Shown: positions 26,856 to 38,682, numbered from the stretch's first letter. The stretch is 64,000 bases of DNA from Octopus vulgaris (GCA_951406725.2 OX597827.1:44826001-44890000), one strand, 5' to 3'. The notes: a model not told the origin generated them from the letters alone. Program-made: numbers and translations.

Positions 26856-27102
26856 GCATGTTGTCTATCTTTAGGTTCTGAGTTCAATTTCTACCAGGAT
26901 CAACTTTGTCTTTCATCTTTTCAGAGTAAATAAAATGTATACCAGACTAGAGTCGATGCAACTGACGTACCCTCTCCCCTAAAATTTCTGGCCTTGGTGC
27001 CAAAATTTGAAACCCTTATTACTATTATTATTGTTGTTGTTGTTGGTGTTGTTGATATGGAGATTTTTATTGAGATTTGTTGTTTTCTTTGTTTCATTTC
27101 AG

Positions 27103-27288
27103 GTTCCTTATGAACTGTTGAATAAAAAATTTCGTTCTGCTCAGAAAAACATCGACCGTGAGATTTCTCATCTACAAATTGTTGGTAATGACTTGGAGAA
27201 GTGCCTGCAGAAGAAGCCTGTCACCGTTGGAGAGGTTACAAAAGCCCTTGATTCAGTCGTCGAAAAACTGACCTTTCTTAAACGCAAG
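27103..27288 (+). CDS. MAEA: Internal coding exon of E3 ubiquitin-protein transferase MAEA (macrophage erythroblast attacher; CTLH/GID complex)
   Basis: Polypyrimidine tract tttcatttcAG before 27103 and AAG|GTAAGT after 27288; 186 nt, phase 0-0. Peptide [25 protein letters not shown]...LDSVVEKLTFLKRK closely matches the MAEA N-terminal segment [20 protein letters not shown]...LDGVVEKLSVLKRK. Confidence 0.92.
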
Positions 27289-29329
27289 GTAAGTGAGGGA
27301 CAAAAGAAGCAGTTATCTCATTTTAATCTCGACTAGACTACAGAGTCTCATTTTCTTGGCTTGAAATATTCTAAAAGGATACTTACATACTTCGCTTGCT
27401 CTTCCATCTTGTTGGTTCGACCTTCATATATATTTTATTTGTAATTTGGTTGTTTGATCTGACCCTTTGCTTTTCATGCTTTCATATAAATATATGTTTT
27501 AAAGTTGCAGTCATGGCAGATACTGGTGTCACACAAATGGCACCCATGCCGGTGGTACATACAAGCACCCAAATCAGACTGGAGTCTGGTGCGGCCTTCC
27601 AGCTTGTCAGCCCTGGTCAGACTGTCCAACTCATGCCAGCATGGACATTAGATGATGATGATGATGATGTGCGTGTGTATGTTTGGTCCCCATCACTGCT
27701 CAGTAACTGCTGTTGGTTTGCTTATGTCCCTGTAAGTTAGCTGTTTCACAAGAAGAGATTGATAGAATAGCTACCAGACTTTAAAAGAAAACAAAGTAAT
27801 GGGGTTGATCTGTTTAACTAAAATCTTTTGAAGCAGCCTCTCCCCACTACCACCACCACATGACCACATTCCAGTAACTAAAACAATTAAAAGATGAAAG
27901 ATAAAGATGTATATTTCTGAAACTCCTGAATAAATCACACATAATTGAAAAACTCAGAGTAGCAATGGAGTTCATTCAGTATATAGGAATGTATATATAC
28001 ACAGGTATGTAGGCAGGTGTATATAATAAGAAGCAGTTTCTACCAGCTACCTGAAGTAAACTTTTCACCTAGTCAATCACTGTACACAATCAGGGTAGTA
28101 ACCAAATCTCAACTAATAGCTGAATGCCATTGAAGAGGGAGACCCCATGTTGTTTGTAAGTCCTAAATATTAGATACAACATTGCCAGCATTCAAGGCAG
28201 CCAGTTTGTGACTAAGATAGTTAATCTGTATTCTTTGTTAGAACAACAGCAGACTTCATGCAATATATTTTCTCAAGAGCTTACTCAGCAGTGTCCAGGG
28301 CTGATCAAACAATTGCAAGCTTACAAGCCTATATATGGTTAGGGGGGGATCGTTTTTAATGGCTAAAGTAGAAATGAGAAACTATGTATACATATATACA
28401 TTTACATGTGTGTGTGTGAGATCAAATATGAAGATAGCACAAGGAAGGTTTAATGCAATATAACTTTGTGTGAGAATGCAAATGATGCTAGTCCCTGACA
28501 TTCTCATAAAAGAAGGGTGCCAGAGCAGAGAGTGAGGTAGAGACATTCACTACATATCATGGACATCATCAGCCATGAATGCTATTACCAACAACACCTC
28601 TGCTATCATCGTTAGCACCATCCCTACCAGTGCCACCACCATACATGTCAGAAAGATTCTGAAAAGGAAAAAAAAAAAAAAATTAAAAGGAGAGACAAGA
28701 TGGCCTTTGACCATATAAGTCTGTTCAATGAAGGCTGATCTGGAGCTTGGGAAACACCATGGTGCTTATTGTTTATTACACTGCAGTCTCTATGCAATAA
28801 ATTGCCACATGGCAATGTGAGTGTATGTGAAAGAGAGAGAGGGACCGAGAGAGAGAGAAAGAAAGGCTTGGTGCTGGACCAGGCTGAATGCTTAGAAATG
28901 GTTCTGTGTGTTAGAGATTTCTTTTGAGCAATGGAAGAAACATTTGATCATGGCGAGGTGGAGAATTTCATTGTGGTCGTAGCTAGTGTACAGCTAACGC
29001 CCAACCTTGACTCTAACACAACATTTGCATCAGCAACAACACATCATAGTATGAATATATAAAAAGAATAACATATATTGTGTGTGTGTGTAGATGTGTA
29101 TATGTATGTATGTAGCTATATATATATTTATGTATGCATACATATGTGTGTATATGTATGTATGTAGTTGTATATATATTTATGTATGAACAGATATGTA
29201 TGTATAGATATGCGTGTAAATATATATATATTTATATGTATGCATGTAGACATATATGTATATTTGTATATATATGTTTATATATTTATATAAATATATT
29301 TATATACATATATATTATCATCATTGTCG

Positions 29330-29682
29330 TCATCATCATTTAGCATCTGCTTTGCATGTTAGCATGGGTTAGATGGTTTAACTAGAACTGGTAAATCAGA
29401 GTTCCAATTTGAATAGGCATGGTTTCTATGGCTGGATGCCCTTCCTAACGCTAGCTGCTCTAAGAGTGTTCTTTACATACCACCGCCACAAGTGCCACTT
29501 ACATGACACTAACATCAGCCAGTGACAACTTATAATTACACTTGGCTTGGCTCAGTATATCGCCTAAGGTCTTGGTCACTTGCCATTAGGCCTAACTTTC
29601 AAAGATCATGCTTCACCAACTCATCCCATGTCTTCCTGGGTCTACCTCTTCCACAGGTTCCCTTGACAATTAGAACTGACAT
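29330..29682 (-). mobile_element. Decayed 5'-truncated RTE LINE 3' end
   Basis: The minus frame encodes VLIVKGTCGRGRPRKTWDELVKHDL, homologous to VEGIRGRGRPRKTWDEVVKHDL of the 51.8-kb RTE, followed by the shared tail. Confidence 0.8.
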
Positions 29683-30472
29683 ATATATATATAGATAGAT
29701 ATAGATATATAGATATATATAAATCAAAGGTTGGACAGAAAGAACACAACAAGAGGAAATCAACTCTGTGTGTGTGTGTGTGCATGTGCATCCAACCCAT
29801 CCCAGCATGGAAAGTGGATGTTAAAGGCTGATGATGAAGTATACCATCATCATCATCGTTGTTTAACGTCCATTTTTCATGGGTTGGACGGTTTGACTGT
29901 GGTCTGGAAAGCCAGCGGCTGCACCAGGCTCCAATCTGATTTGGCAATGTTTCTACAGCTGGATGCCCTTCCTAACGCCAACCACTCCAAGAGTGTAGTG
30001 GGTGTTTTTTACATGTTACTGGCGCAGGAGCCAGTCATGTGGCACTGGCATCAATCATGTTTGGATAGTGCTTTTTACGTTTCACTGGCACAAGAGCCAG
30101 TCAGGTGGCACTGGCATCAGTGATGTTTGGATAGTGCTTTTTACATGCCACTGGTACGGGAGCCAGTCAGGGGGCGCATGCATCAATCACATTTGGATGT
30201 TGCTTTTTACGTGCCACCAGCACGGAAGCCAATCAGGCAACTTGGCATAAACAACAGCTTTGGCAGAATTTGAACTCAGAACTTAAAGATGAACGAAATG
30301 CCACAAAGAATTTCGCCTGGTGTGCTAACAATTCTGCCAGCTCATATACATGGGCGTATGTAAGCATATACATACATGTATGATGATGATATGATATCAA
30401 AACAAGGTGACAATAACATACACAAACACATGTACATGCACGCACACAGACACACACACTGATGCATACATA

Positions 30473-30521
<49 letters not shown>

Positions 30522-31189
30522 ATATATATATGTATATATATATATTGATAAAACAGTAAGATAACAAAAGAAAGAAAGAGACCTCAATATTATGTAAATA
30601 GAGGAAATTTATCTATACAATATGTTACATTACTCGGTAGTCAAGATAAAACTCTGAGTTTCAGATGCCGAAGTGGAAATCCACAACACCATCTCTTCGG
30701 TTATCTGGCTATTTGAAAACGTTATGAAAAAATACCGTTAAAAATGAAGGGAAATTACTCTGTTATAACTCTGCTTTGCCTGCGTACTTATACATCGCTC
30801 GCATTTTTCGTCATAAAAATTATATAAAAATACATAAAAATATATAAAAATATATAAAATCTTGGGACATAACACAGAAAGCATGTTCTATCCGTTTTCT
30901 TTAGGGGACCAAAAACGTAACAGAAATTTAGTCACATGTGGGCATGATCCGAAAAGCTCTGTCCTTGTATTTAGACATGTGGTAGGGTCTAAGCTGCTTT
31001 TCCAGATAAGCCATCTCTCCATGTCGCATAAACCGCACCTTCCGCTGCCGTTAGTATAGGGCTTACATCTGGCCAAAATCTTCCATTGTATGTTATAATC
31101 GACACCTTTATCTCTTAAAGACCAAATATGATTGGATAATTGTGTCGCTTTTCTTTTGTTCCAGTGCCTAAAGCTCAAAGTGTGGTTAT

Positions 31190-31507
31190 TTCAAGGCCAG
31201 GTTCAATAACCACACTTTGAGCTTTAGGCACTGGAACAAAAGAAAAGCGACACAATTATCCAATCATATTTGGTCTTTAAGAGATAAAGGTGTCGATTAT
31301 AACATACAATGGAAGATTTTGGCCAGATGTAAGCCCTATACTAACGGCAGCAGAAGGTGCAGTTTATGCGACATGGAGAGATGGCTTATCTGGAAAAGCA
31401 GCTTAGACCCTACCACATGTCTAAATACAAGGACAGAGCTTTTCGGATCATGCCCACATGTGACTAAATTTCTGTTACGTTTTTGGTCCCCTAAAGAAAA
31501 CGGATAG
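31190..31507 (+). pseudogene. Penelope-like GIY-YIG endonuclease C-terminal fragment (mirror copy 30888-31190 on minus)
   Basis: FKARFNNHTLSFRHWNKRKATQLSNHIWSLRDKGVDYNIQWKILARCKPYTNGSRRCSLCDMERWLI...LNTRTELFGSCPH matches the PLE pattern FKxRxNNH..SFRH..T.LS..IW.L...Y.I.W.IL...Y....RC.LC..E...LN.R.EL...C.H. Confidence 0.8.
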
Positions 31508-31691
31508 AACATGCTTTCTGTGTTATGTCCCAAGAAGATTTTATATATTTTTATATATTTATATGTATTTTTATATAATTTTTATGACGAAAAATGCGAG
31601 CGATGTATAAGTACGCAGGCAAAGCAGAGTTATAACAGAGTAATTTCCCTTCATTTTTAACAGTATTTTTTCATAACGTTTTCAAATAGCC

Positions 31692-31754
31692 AGATAACCG
31701 AAGAGATGGTGTTGTGGATTTCCACTTCGGCATCTGAAACTCAGAGTTTTATCT
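31692..31754 (+). ncRNA. Type I hammerhead ribozyme-like motif in Penelope 3' UTR (mirror ~30644-30706 on minus)
   Basis: AGATAA-CCGAAGA-GATG...GTGGA(tt)TCCAC...CATC-T-GAAAC-TCAGAGT-T-TTATCT: perfect 6-bp stem I, stem II, near-palindromic stem III, U4C core variant. Confidence 0.65.
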
Positions 31755-31785
31755 TGACTACCGAGTAATGTAACATATTGTATAG

Positions 31786-31817
<32 letters not shown>

Positions 31818-32941
31818 AACTTCTTTTAGTATTTGTCTGCCAAATCTACTCACAAGGTTTTAGTTAGCCCAAATTTATAAAAGACACTTGCCCAGAGTAC
31901 CACACAGTGGGACTGAACCTGAATCCATGTAGTTGAGAAGCAAACTTCTTAACCACACAGCCATGCCGGCACCTAAATAGATATGAAATTTTTGTTTTGA
32001 TGGAGGGTTTTAATTTAGATCTCTTTAAAAGAGGAAATTTGTGCCATAGAGCCAGCTGGTCTGAGGCCGGCTGGTATTGAAAAGGGTTAAAGATGTCCGT
32101 ATACCAATAATAGGAGTAACTGATGCATACTTTCATCTTCTGAAAGAATTTAATAAAAGTGTTTCATTAATGGATGAGATGATCTTATTTTACTCACCAA
32201 TGCTACAACAAGTAAGACAGATAAATACGCTAATTATATTAAACATTGATGTCTACATCAGCAAATTAGACAATGACTGCACATACAAAAGACAAATTAA
32301 TGAATTACCCAATATCACTGTTTTTCTACTATATTATGTATGTCTTTATGGCTTTTATCTTTTTTTTTTGTTTTCATCTTGTTTTATCTTTTATTTGTTT
32401 TTGTGGTTGGACTGTGGTCATGCTGGGGCATTGCCTTGAAGGTTTTTAATCGAACAAATCAACCCCGGGACTTGTTTTTAAGTTAGGTACTTATTCTAAT
32501 GGTCTCTTTTGTTGAGCCACGAAGTTATAAAGATGTAAATTAACCAATGTTGGTTGTCAAGCTGTCGTAGGGGACAGACACAAAGGCGTGCACACTTGTG
32601 CATGTAAACACACACGTGTGCACACACACACACACACACACACACATGTATGTATATGAGATGCTTTTAGTTTCCATCCCCAAAATCTACTCACAAGGCT
32701 TTGGTCAACCTGGGGGTATTCTCTTTTATTCTTTTACTTGTGTCAGTCATTTGACTGTGGCCATGCTGGAGCACCACCTTTAGTCAAGCAAATCAACCCC
32801 AGGACTTATCCCTTGTAAGCCTGATACTTATTCTATTGGTCTCTTTTGCCAAACCGCTAAGTTACTGGAACGTCAACACACCAGCATCAGTTGTCAAGCG
32901 ATGTTGAGGGTACAAACATAGACACATAAACATACACACAC

Positions 32942-32996
<55 letters not shown>

Positions 32997-32998
<2 letters not shown>

Positions 32999-33840
32999 AA
33001 TCCAAACGGGAAACAAAAAAACAACAACAATGGAACAATTACAGTATTATTATTAATAGGCGCTCAGGAAATGGAAGCAGGGAGGTATGACGTTTCGAGC
33101 GGAGCTCTTCGTCGCAAACATAAAGACGGAAGAGAGAGGAAACAAAGATCCCGGCGCGGGCAACGGAGATAGAGAAAAAAACGACAGGTGTTAGGAGTAG
33201 CACATGGTGAAAGGCGGATGTTTACGATAACGAGAGCAAAGTGGGTTTTTAAAGGCAAAAGAGTGGAGACAAGGTTGGTAACGCAACAGATGTGTGTGTA
33301 TGTGTGAGTGTGTGCGTGTGCGTGTGTGTATGTGTGTGTGTGAGGCGAGGTAAAAAAACAAAAAATATATGTATGTGTTAGTGTGTGCGTCTGTGTGTAG
33401 GCGTGTGAGGTAGGGCGAGCCGGTGGTCAGCATAGCAGCAGCATAGCAGACAAAGGTCAGTAGTAAGAAAAGGGAGGAAGGAGGAAGGGAGGGAGGGGAA
33501 GGGGTAGGGGCGTATGTAGCGTGCCAGCGTGTGTTGAGTAGTAGTGTGTGTGTGTGTCCAGTGTCATGGTAGTATTAGTGGGGAGTAGATTGAATGTGTG
33601 TAAGAGTAATGTATATGTTTAAGCAATGTGTGTATATGTGTGCGCGTGTGTGTAACGAAAAAAAAAAGGGGGGGGGGGGTTAGGAAAAGGACTCCAGCGG
33701 AGGGGAAGATGGAAGAGTGGTCCCGCGGAGACGGGCGTGGGAAAACCCAACGACAAGCGACATCCCAGGAACGGGCGGGAGGTCTCGTCGGGTCCAAGGG
33801 CGAGGTGCATGCGGGGCGCATGCGTGCGCGAACCGGCGCA
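32997..33840 (-). mobile_element. Probable Penelope-like 3' UTR fragment inserted in the microsatellite of a family-A SINE
   Basis: CpG-rich unique block bounded by (TA)n on both sides. It splits the SINE tail (~32720-32940) from its head (~33930-34050) and contains a hammerhead motif. No ORF recognised. Confidence 0.5.
33086..33119 (-). ncRNA. Minimal type I hammerhead ribozyme-like motif
   Basis: Minus strand GTTT-GCGACGA-A-GAGC(tcc)GCTC-GAAAC-GT-C-ATAC: palindromic ACGT stem III, GUC site, core positions 3-4 deviant. Confidence 0.55.
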
Positions 33841-33857
33841 TATATATACACACACAC

Positions 33858-33890
<33 letters not shown>

Positions 33891-34074
33891 CATATACACA
33901 CACACACACATACACACATATATATATATGATGGGCTTCTTTCATTTTCCATCTACAAAATCCACTCACAAATCTTTGGTCGGCCTGAGGTTATAGTAGA
34001 AGACGCTTGCCCAGGGTGCCACGCACTGAGACCGAACCTGGAACCATGTGATTCGTATTGTAGAAGCCCTTAGC

Positions 34075-34300
34075 CAAGTGGTTCCCAAAGTGGGCAGTAT
34101 TGCCCCCCCCCCTCGAGGGTGGTGGAAAGTTCCAAGGGGGCAATAATGAGGTAGTGATTCATGTAAAAACAACAAAACAATGGGTTTATTAGGTTAAGTT
34201 TTATTTGTGAAGTACAGTTGCTTTGAATTTGCTTTGGAAATAGGTCTATGTTTGTGATGGTTAGCTGGGGTGGGGGCGGTAGGAATGTGGCTTGGGTGTC
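34075..34300. mobile_element. Truncated hAT (Charlie-like) MITE
   Basis: caagtggttcccaaagtgggcagtattgcccccc resembles CAGTGGTTCCCAAAGTG hAT termini; no second TIR seen. Confidence 0.4.
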
Positions 34301-34418
34301 AACCGAAAATGTCTAACCGAAAATTAATTTGAATTTCTTTTAGTTGTGCAGCCTGCCGCATGAAGAACCATGTCTCGTACAGTCCACTTCTCAAAAGAAA
34401 AAGTTGCCCTTGCTTGTT

Positions 34419-34822
34419 CTCTTTTACTCTTTTGACTTGTTTCAGTCATTTGACTGCGGCCATGCTGGAGCACCGCCTTTAGTCGAGCAAATCGATCCCG
34501 GGACTTATTCTTTGTAAGCCCAGTACTTATTCTATCGGCCTCTTTTGCTGAACCGCTAAGTGACGGGGACGTAAACACACCAGCATCGGTTGTCAAGCGA
34601 TGCTAGAGGGACAGACACACAAACATATACACACACATACATATATATATACATATATACAACAGGCTTCTTTCAGTTTCCGTCTACCAAATCCACTCAC
34701 AAGGCTTTGGTCGGCCCGAGGCTATAGCAGAAGACACTTGCCCAAGATGCCACGCAGTGGGACTGAACCCGGAACCATGTGGTTGGTTAGCAAGCTACTT
34801 ACCACACAGCCACTCCTGCGCC
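34419..34822 (-). mobile_element. Full-length, well-preserved tRNA-derived SINE family A with target-site duplication
   Basis: Head GGCGCAGGAGTGGCTGTGTGGTAAG...GGTTCAGTCCC, internal (TA/TG)n, tail TGACTGAAACAAGTCAAAAGAG; flanking CTTGTTCT at 34413-34420 and 34822-34829. Confidence 0.85.
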
Positions 34823-34981
34823 TTGTTCTAGACTTTATATTTAAATAGCAGCCACATCTCCTTGAAATCTCACTCGATTGTTTTATTTGTGTTCTCCTGC
34901 AAACAATGCACACACATATATATACATATATATCTGAGTTTGTCATAGGTTAGCCTACATGTAGAAATGTGACTTCATTTT

Positions 34982-35097
34982 GAAATCCTCCCTGAGGAAA
35001 TACCCACTTGACTGGTTTCAAATATGGGAATTTGAATTGAATTTTATTTCTGTAATTGTATTGATTGGGTGTGGAAACAGCTGTAGGTAGGAATTTC
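34982..35097 (+). ncRNA. Type I hammerhead ribozyme-like motif with canonical core and long loop II
   Basis: GAAATCCTCC-CTGAGGA-A-ATACCCA-(59 nt)-TGGGTGT-G-GAAAC-AGCT-GT-A-GGTAGGAATTTC: CUGANGA and GAAA intact, palindromic ACAGCTGT stem III, GUA site, bulged 10-bp stem I. Confidence 0.6.
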
Positions 35098-36731
35098 TCA
35101 GTAGGAATTTGAATGTCTTTAAGTAAATAACATCTGTAAGTCAGTTTTATCCATTTTCTTATTCACACACACACACACATGTTGCTTGTTTCTCCACCAT
35201 ACTTTGGCCTTTCAACCCTTGGCATACAGCCACCTTCACCACCTTCCTCTCTCAACTACTTCCTCTTGGTAGGGAGTTTTTTCCACTTCCTTTTTCTTTG
35301 TTCTTTTCTCTCATGCCAGTGATGAAGAAACCTCACTACTGCTAGTGGCACAAAAAATTTTTAAAAACACTCAGTGGAGTGGTTGGCATCAGGAAGGGCA
35401 TGCAGTCATAGAAACAATGCCAAAGATTGCATTTGGAGCACAGTGTAGCCCTGTAGTTCACTGGTTCTTTGTCAAACCATTCTATTCATACTAACATGGA
35501 AAGTGGACATTAAATAATGATGATGGTGATATAAGTGATACAGTCTTCTTTGCTACTAAGATTTTACTCATTGCTTGGTTGACCATGAAGTCTATCAATT
35601 GTAGGCATTGCTTTCAAGTGTGGAATTTCTTCCCTAAATCTTTGACCAATTTCTTTATGAAAACTAGGTCAGCAGTAAGCAAAAAGTTCCTCTTTATCAC
35701 CAGCCTTTGCACTCCAGGCCTACATTATCCAGTGAATTCCTTCCCATTCCGAGATACTAGAGTGTGATTAGAAGGAAGTTTTAGCTGCTGTCTCTTGCTG
35801 ACAAAACGACCACATAGAGGTTCCCCGCTGCAACTCCTTTCTTCCCTTTCCTTGTGCAGTCGACAGTGAACACAGTCGGTGGGGGGGGGGAGTTAGAAGT
35901 GTGGTGGCAGGATTAAGGTTAGGTTTATGTTGTTACAGACTACAGAAATTGATTTATCATCTTTATTGTGTTGTGTCCGTGAATGCGTGTACCGTCTTTG
36001 ACACCTTCATCGCTGGCACCGCCGTCACCACAAGCATCAGCAGTACAAAACACTGTCACTTATACTAGCATCATCATCATCATCATCGTCATCAATTACA
36101 TTATCGTTATTGATGTCATTTGTTGTTGTTGTCGTCGTCGTCGGTGTAGTTTGATGAAGACATTAAAGTTAATCGCTGTATTTTGAAGATTCCTGAAATC
36201 ATAATATTCTGTTGTATTTGTTCTCTTTATGTGTGTACGTATGTGTGTGTCTGTCTGTGTGCACATATTTTAGGCGTGAGTGTGTGTGTGTATATGTACA
36301 TATATTTATAGGTGTGTACATATATATGTGTGTGTGTATATAACTATAAAAGTATATATGTATATTTGTATATGTATATCTATGTATATATATATGTGTG
36401 TGTTTGTTTATGTATCTATGTATATATTTGTGTGTGTGCGTGTGCATATGTATGTATGCATGCATCTATATGTATGCATATATGTATGTACGCAATATCA
36501 CCATCACCACTATTTCCAAATCAACTGATTTTGATTTTCTTTTTCTCATATTGTGTTAGGATCAGCAATAACAACAAAAACAAAATCGTTCCAATCAGTG
36601 TTTTCTCTCTTATTTTGCCAAAGACATCTAGAATTACTTTTTATTACCACAATGCACACACACACACACAAAATGTTACATACATTGATACATATAAACA
36701 TGTGTGTCTGTGTGAAAAAAAATACACACAC

Positions 36732-36784
<53 letters not shown>

Positions 36785-36785
36785 G

Positions 36786-36824
<39 letters not shown>

Positions 36825-37334
36825 CACACTCATTTACACACATATATATATAGCACAGGTGTAGCTATGTGGTAAAGATACTTGCTTCCCAACCATGTGG
36901 TCTTGGCTTCAGTTCCACAGTGTGTCACTTTGGCAAACTATCTTCTACTTTAGCCCTGGCTAACCAAAACCTTGTGAGTGGATTTTATAAATGGAGACTG
37001 AAGGAAGTCTGTCATGCGTCTGTGCATGTGTGTGTGTGTGTATGTATTTGTGTGTAATAGTGGTACAAGCAGTGTTATTTGTTCCCAATCTTCTGTTAAA
37101 AACTCACGAGAAACCTTTATCTTGCTTGAAAGCAAGTGGTGGTTGGCGACAGGAAGGGCATCTGACAATTGAAAATCTTCCTCCACGGATTCCATCTGAC
37201 CCATTGCAAGCACAGGAAAGTAAATTGGATACTGAAATGACAATGGTAATGAAATGTTGCATCCACACAGACATACATATGTACTTATATACATACATCG
37301 TCATCATCATCAACCTTTAACATTTATTTTCCAT

Positions 37335-37718
37335 ACGTGCCGGTGGCATGTAAAAAGCACCATTCAAGCGTGATCGTTACCAGCGTCACCTTACTGGCAC
37401 TTGTGCTGGTGGCATGTGAAAAAAACATTCGAGCAAGACCGTTACCAGTGCTGCTGGACTGGCTCCTGTGCAGGTGGCACATAAAAAACACCATTTGAGC
37501 ATAGCCGTTGCCAGTACCGCCTGACTGGCCCTCGTGCCGGTGGCACATAAAAGCACCCACTACACTCTCGGAGTGATTGGTGTTAGGAAGGGCATCCAGC
37601 TGTAGAAACTCTGCCAGATCAAGACTGGAGCCTGGTGAAGCCATCTTGTTCGCCAGTCCTCAGTCAAATCGTCCAACTCATGCTAGCATGGAAAGCAAAC
37701 GTTAAACGATGATGATGA
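37335..37718 (+). mobile_element. RTE 3' UTR-derived element with four ~60-bp tandem units
   Basis: ggtggca(c/t)(g/a)t(a/g)aaaa...cca unit repeated, then the shared RTE tail and (GAT)n. Confidence 0.8.
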
Positions 37719-38384
37719 CTGGCATAGGTTGAATGGTTTGACAGGAACTGGCAAGGCCAGGGACCACACATGGTCCCATAGTCTGTTTTGGCTTGATTTC
37801 TATGGCTGGAAGCCCTCCTTAATGCCAACCACTTTACAGACTATACTGGATGCTTTTTGCGTAGCACTAGCACCAGTGCTTTTTACATGGCACCAGTGCT
37901 TCTTATGTGGCACCACAGTTTTAGGATCTCAATTCAGTTGTGGTGTGCAGATCTTCTCGAGTACAGCACTGCACCACATATCTTGTGGGTCGGTCTCCTC
38001 AAGTACAGCAATGTGCCACATATCTCGGGCAGGCCTTACATTTTCCATAGTAAAAACCTTCTGATTGTCCTTAATATAATATCTCTTCTCCACTATCTCA
38101 AATACTCCCCCACTTAATCAAAAGGAGCTCCCTCACCATTTTTTTCTTCTTTCCCGTCTTGGAAGCTACCTCGCATTCCCACTTATGCTGGGGGCACAAA
38201 AACAGCACCCACCACACACAGCAAAAATAGTTGGTGTTATGAAGGGCATTTGATCATAGAAATCATTCCAAAACGAACAGAGAGGATGATGCAGCCTTGT
38301 GGCTCACCGGATCCTGTCAAAACGTCCAACCCATGCCAGCAAAGAAAACCAACGTTAAATAATATTGAAGATGATATGGATATA

Positions 38385-38433
<49 letters not shown>

Positions 38434-38434
38434 G

Positions 38435-38478
<44 letters not shown>

Positions 38479-38479
38479 C

Positions 38480-38514
<35 letters not shown>

Positions 38515-38519
38515 CATAC

Positions 38520-38584
<65 letters not shown>

Positions 38585-38592
38585 CATACATG

Positions 38593-38630
<38 letters not shown>

Positions 38631-38638
38631 CATACATG

Positions 38639-38682
<44 letters not shown>

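Larger units (their letters stand above)
30543..31788. mobile_element. Penelope-like element 3' fragment in head-to-head inverted duplication (~580-bp arms, 14-nt spacer) inserted in (TA)n
   Basis: Arms 30610-31190 and 31205-31788. Each carries a GIY-YIG C-terminal ORF and a hammerhead motif, and both ends abut (TA)n. Confidence 0.85.

Noticed and set aside
27007-27336. 109-aa ORF as a standalone gene with a signal peptide
   Set aside because: The Leu-rich start is intronic (TTA/TTG)n; only 27103-27288 is bounded by splice sites and homologous to MAEA.
30000-30235. Regularly spaced repeats resembling a CRISPR array
   Set aside because: Whole units repeat with no unique spacers, the context is eukaryotic, there are no cas genes, and the array is part of an RTE 3' UTR.
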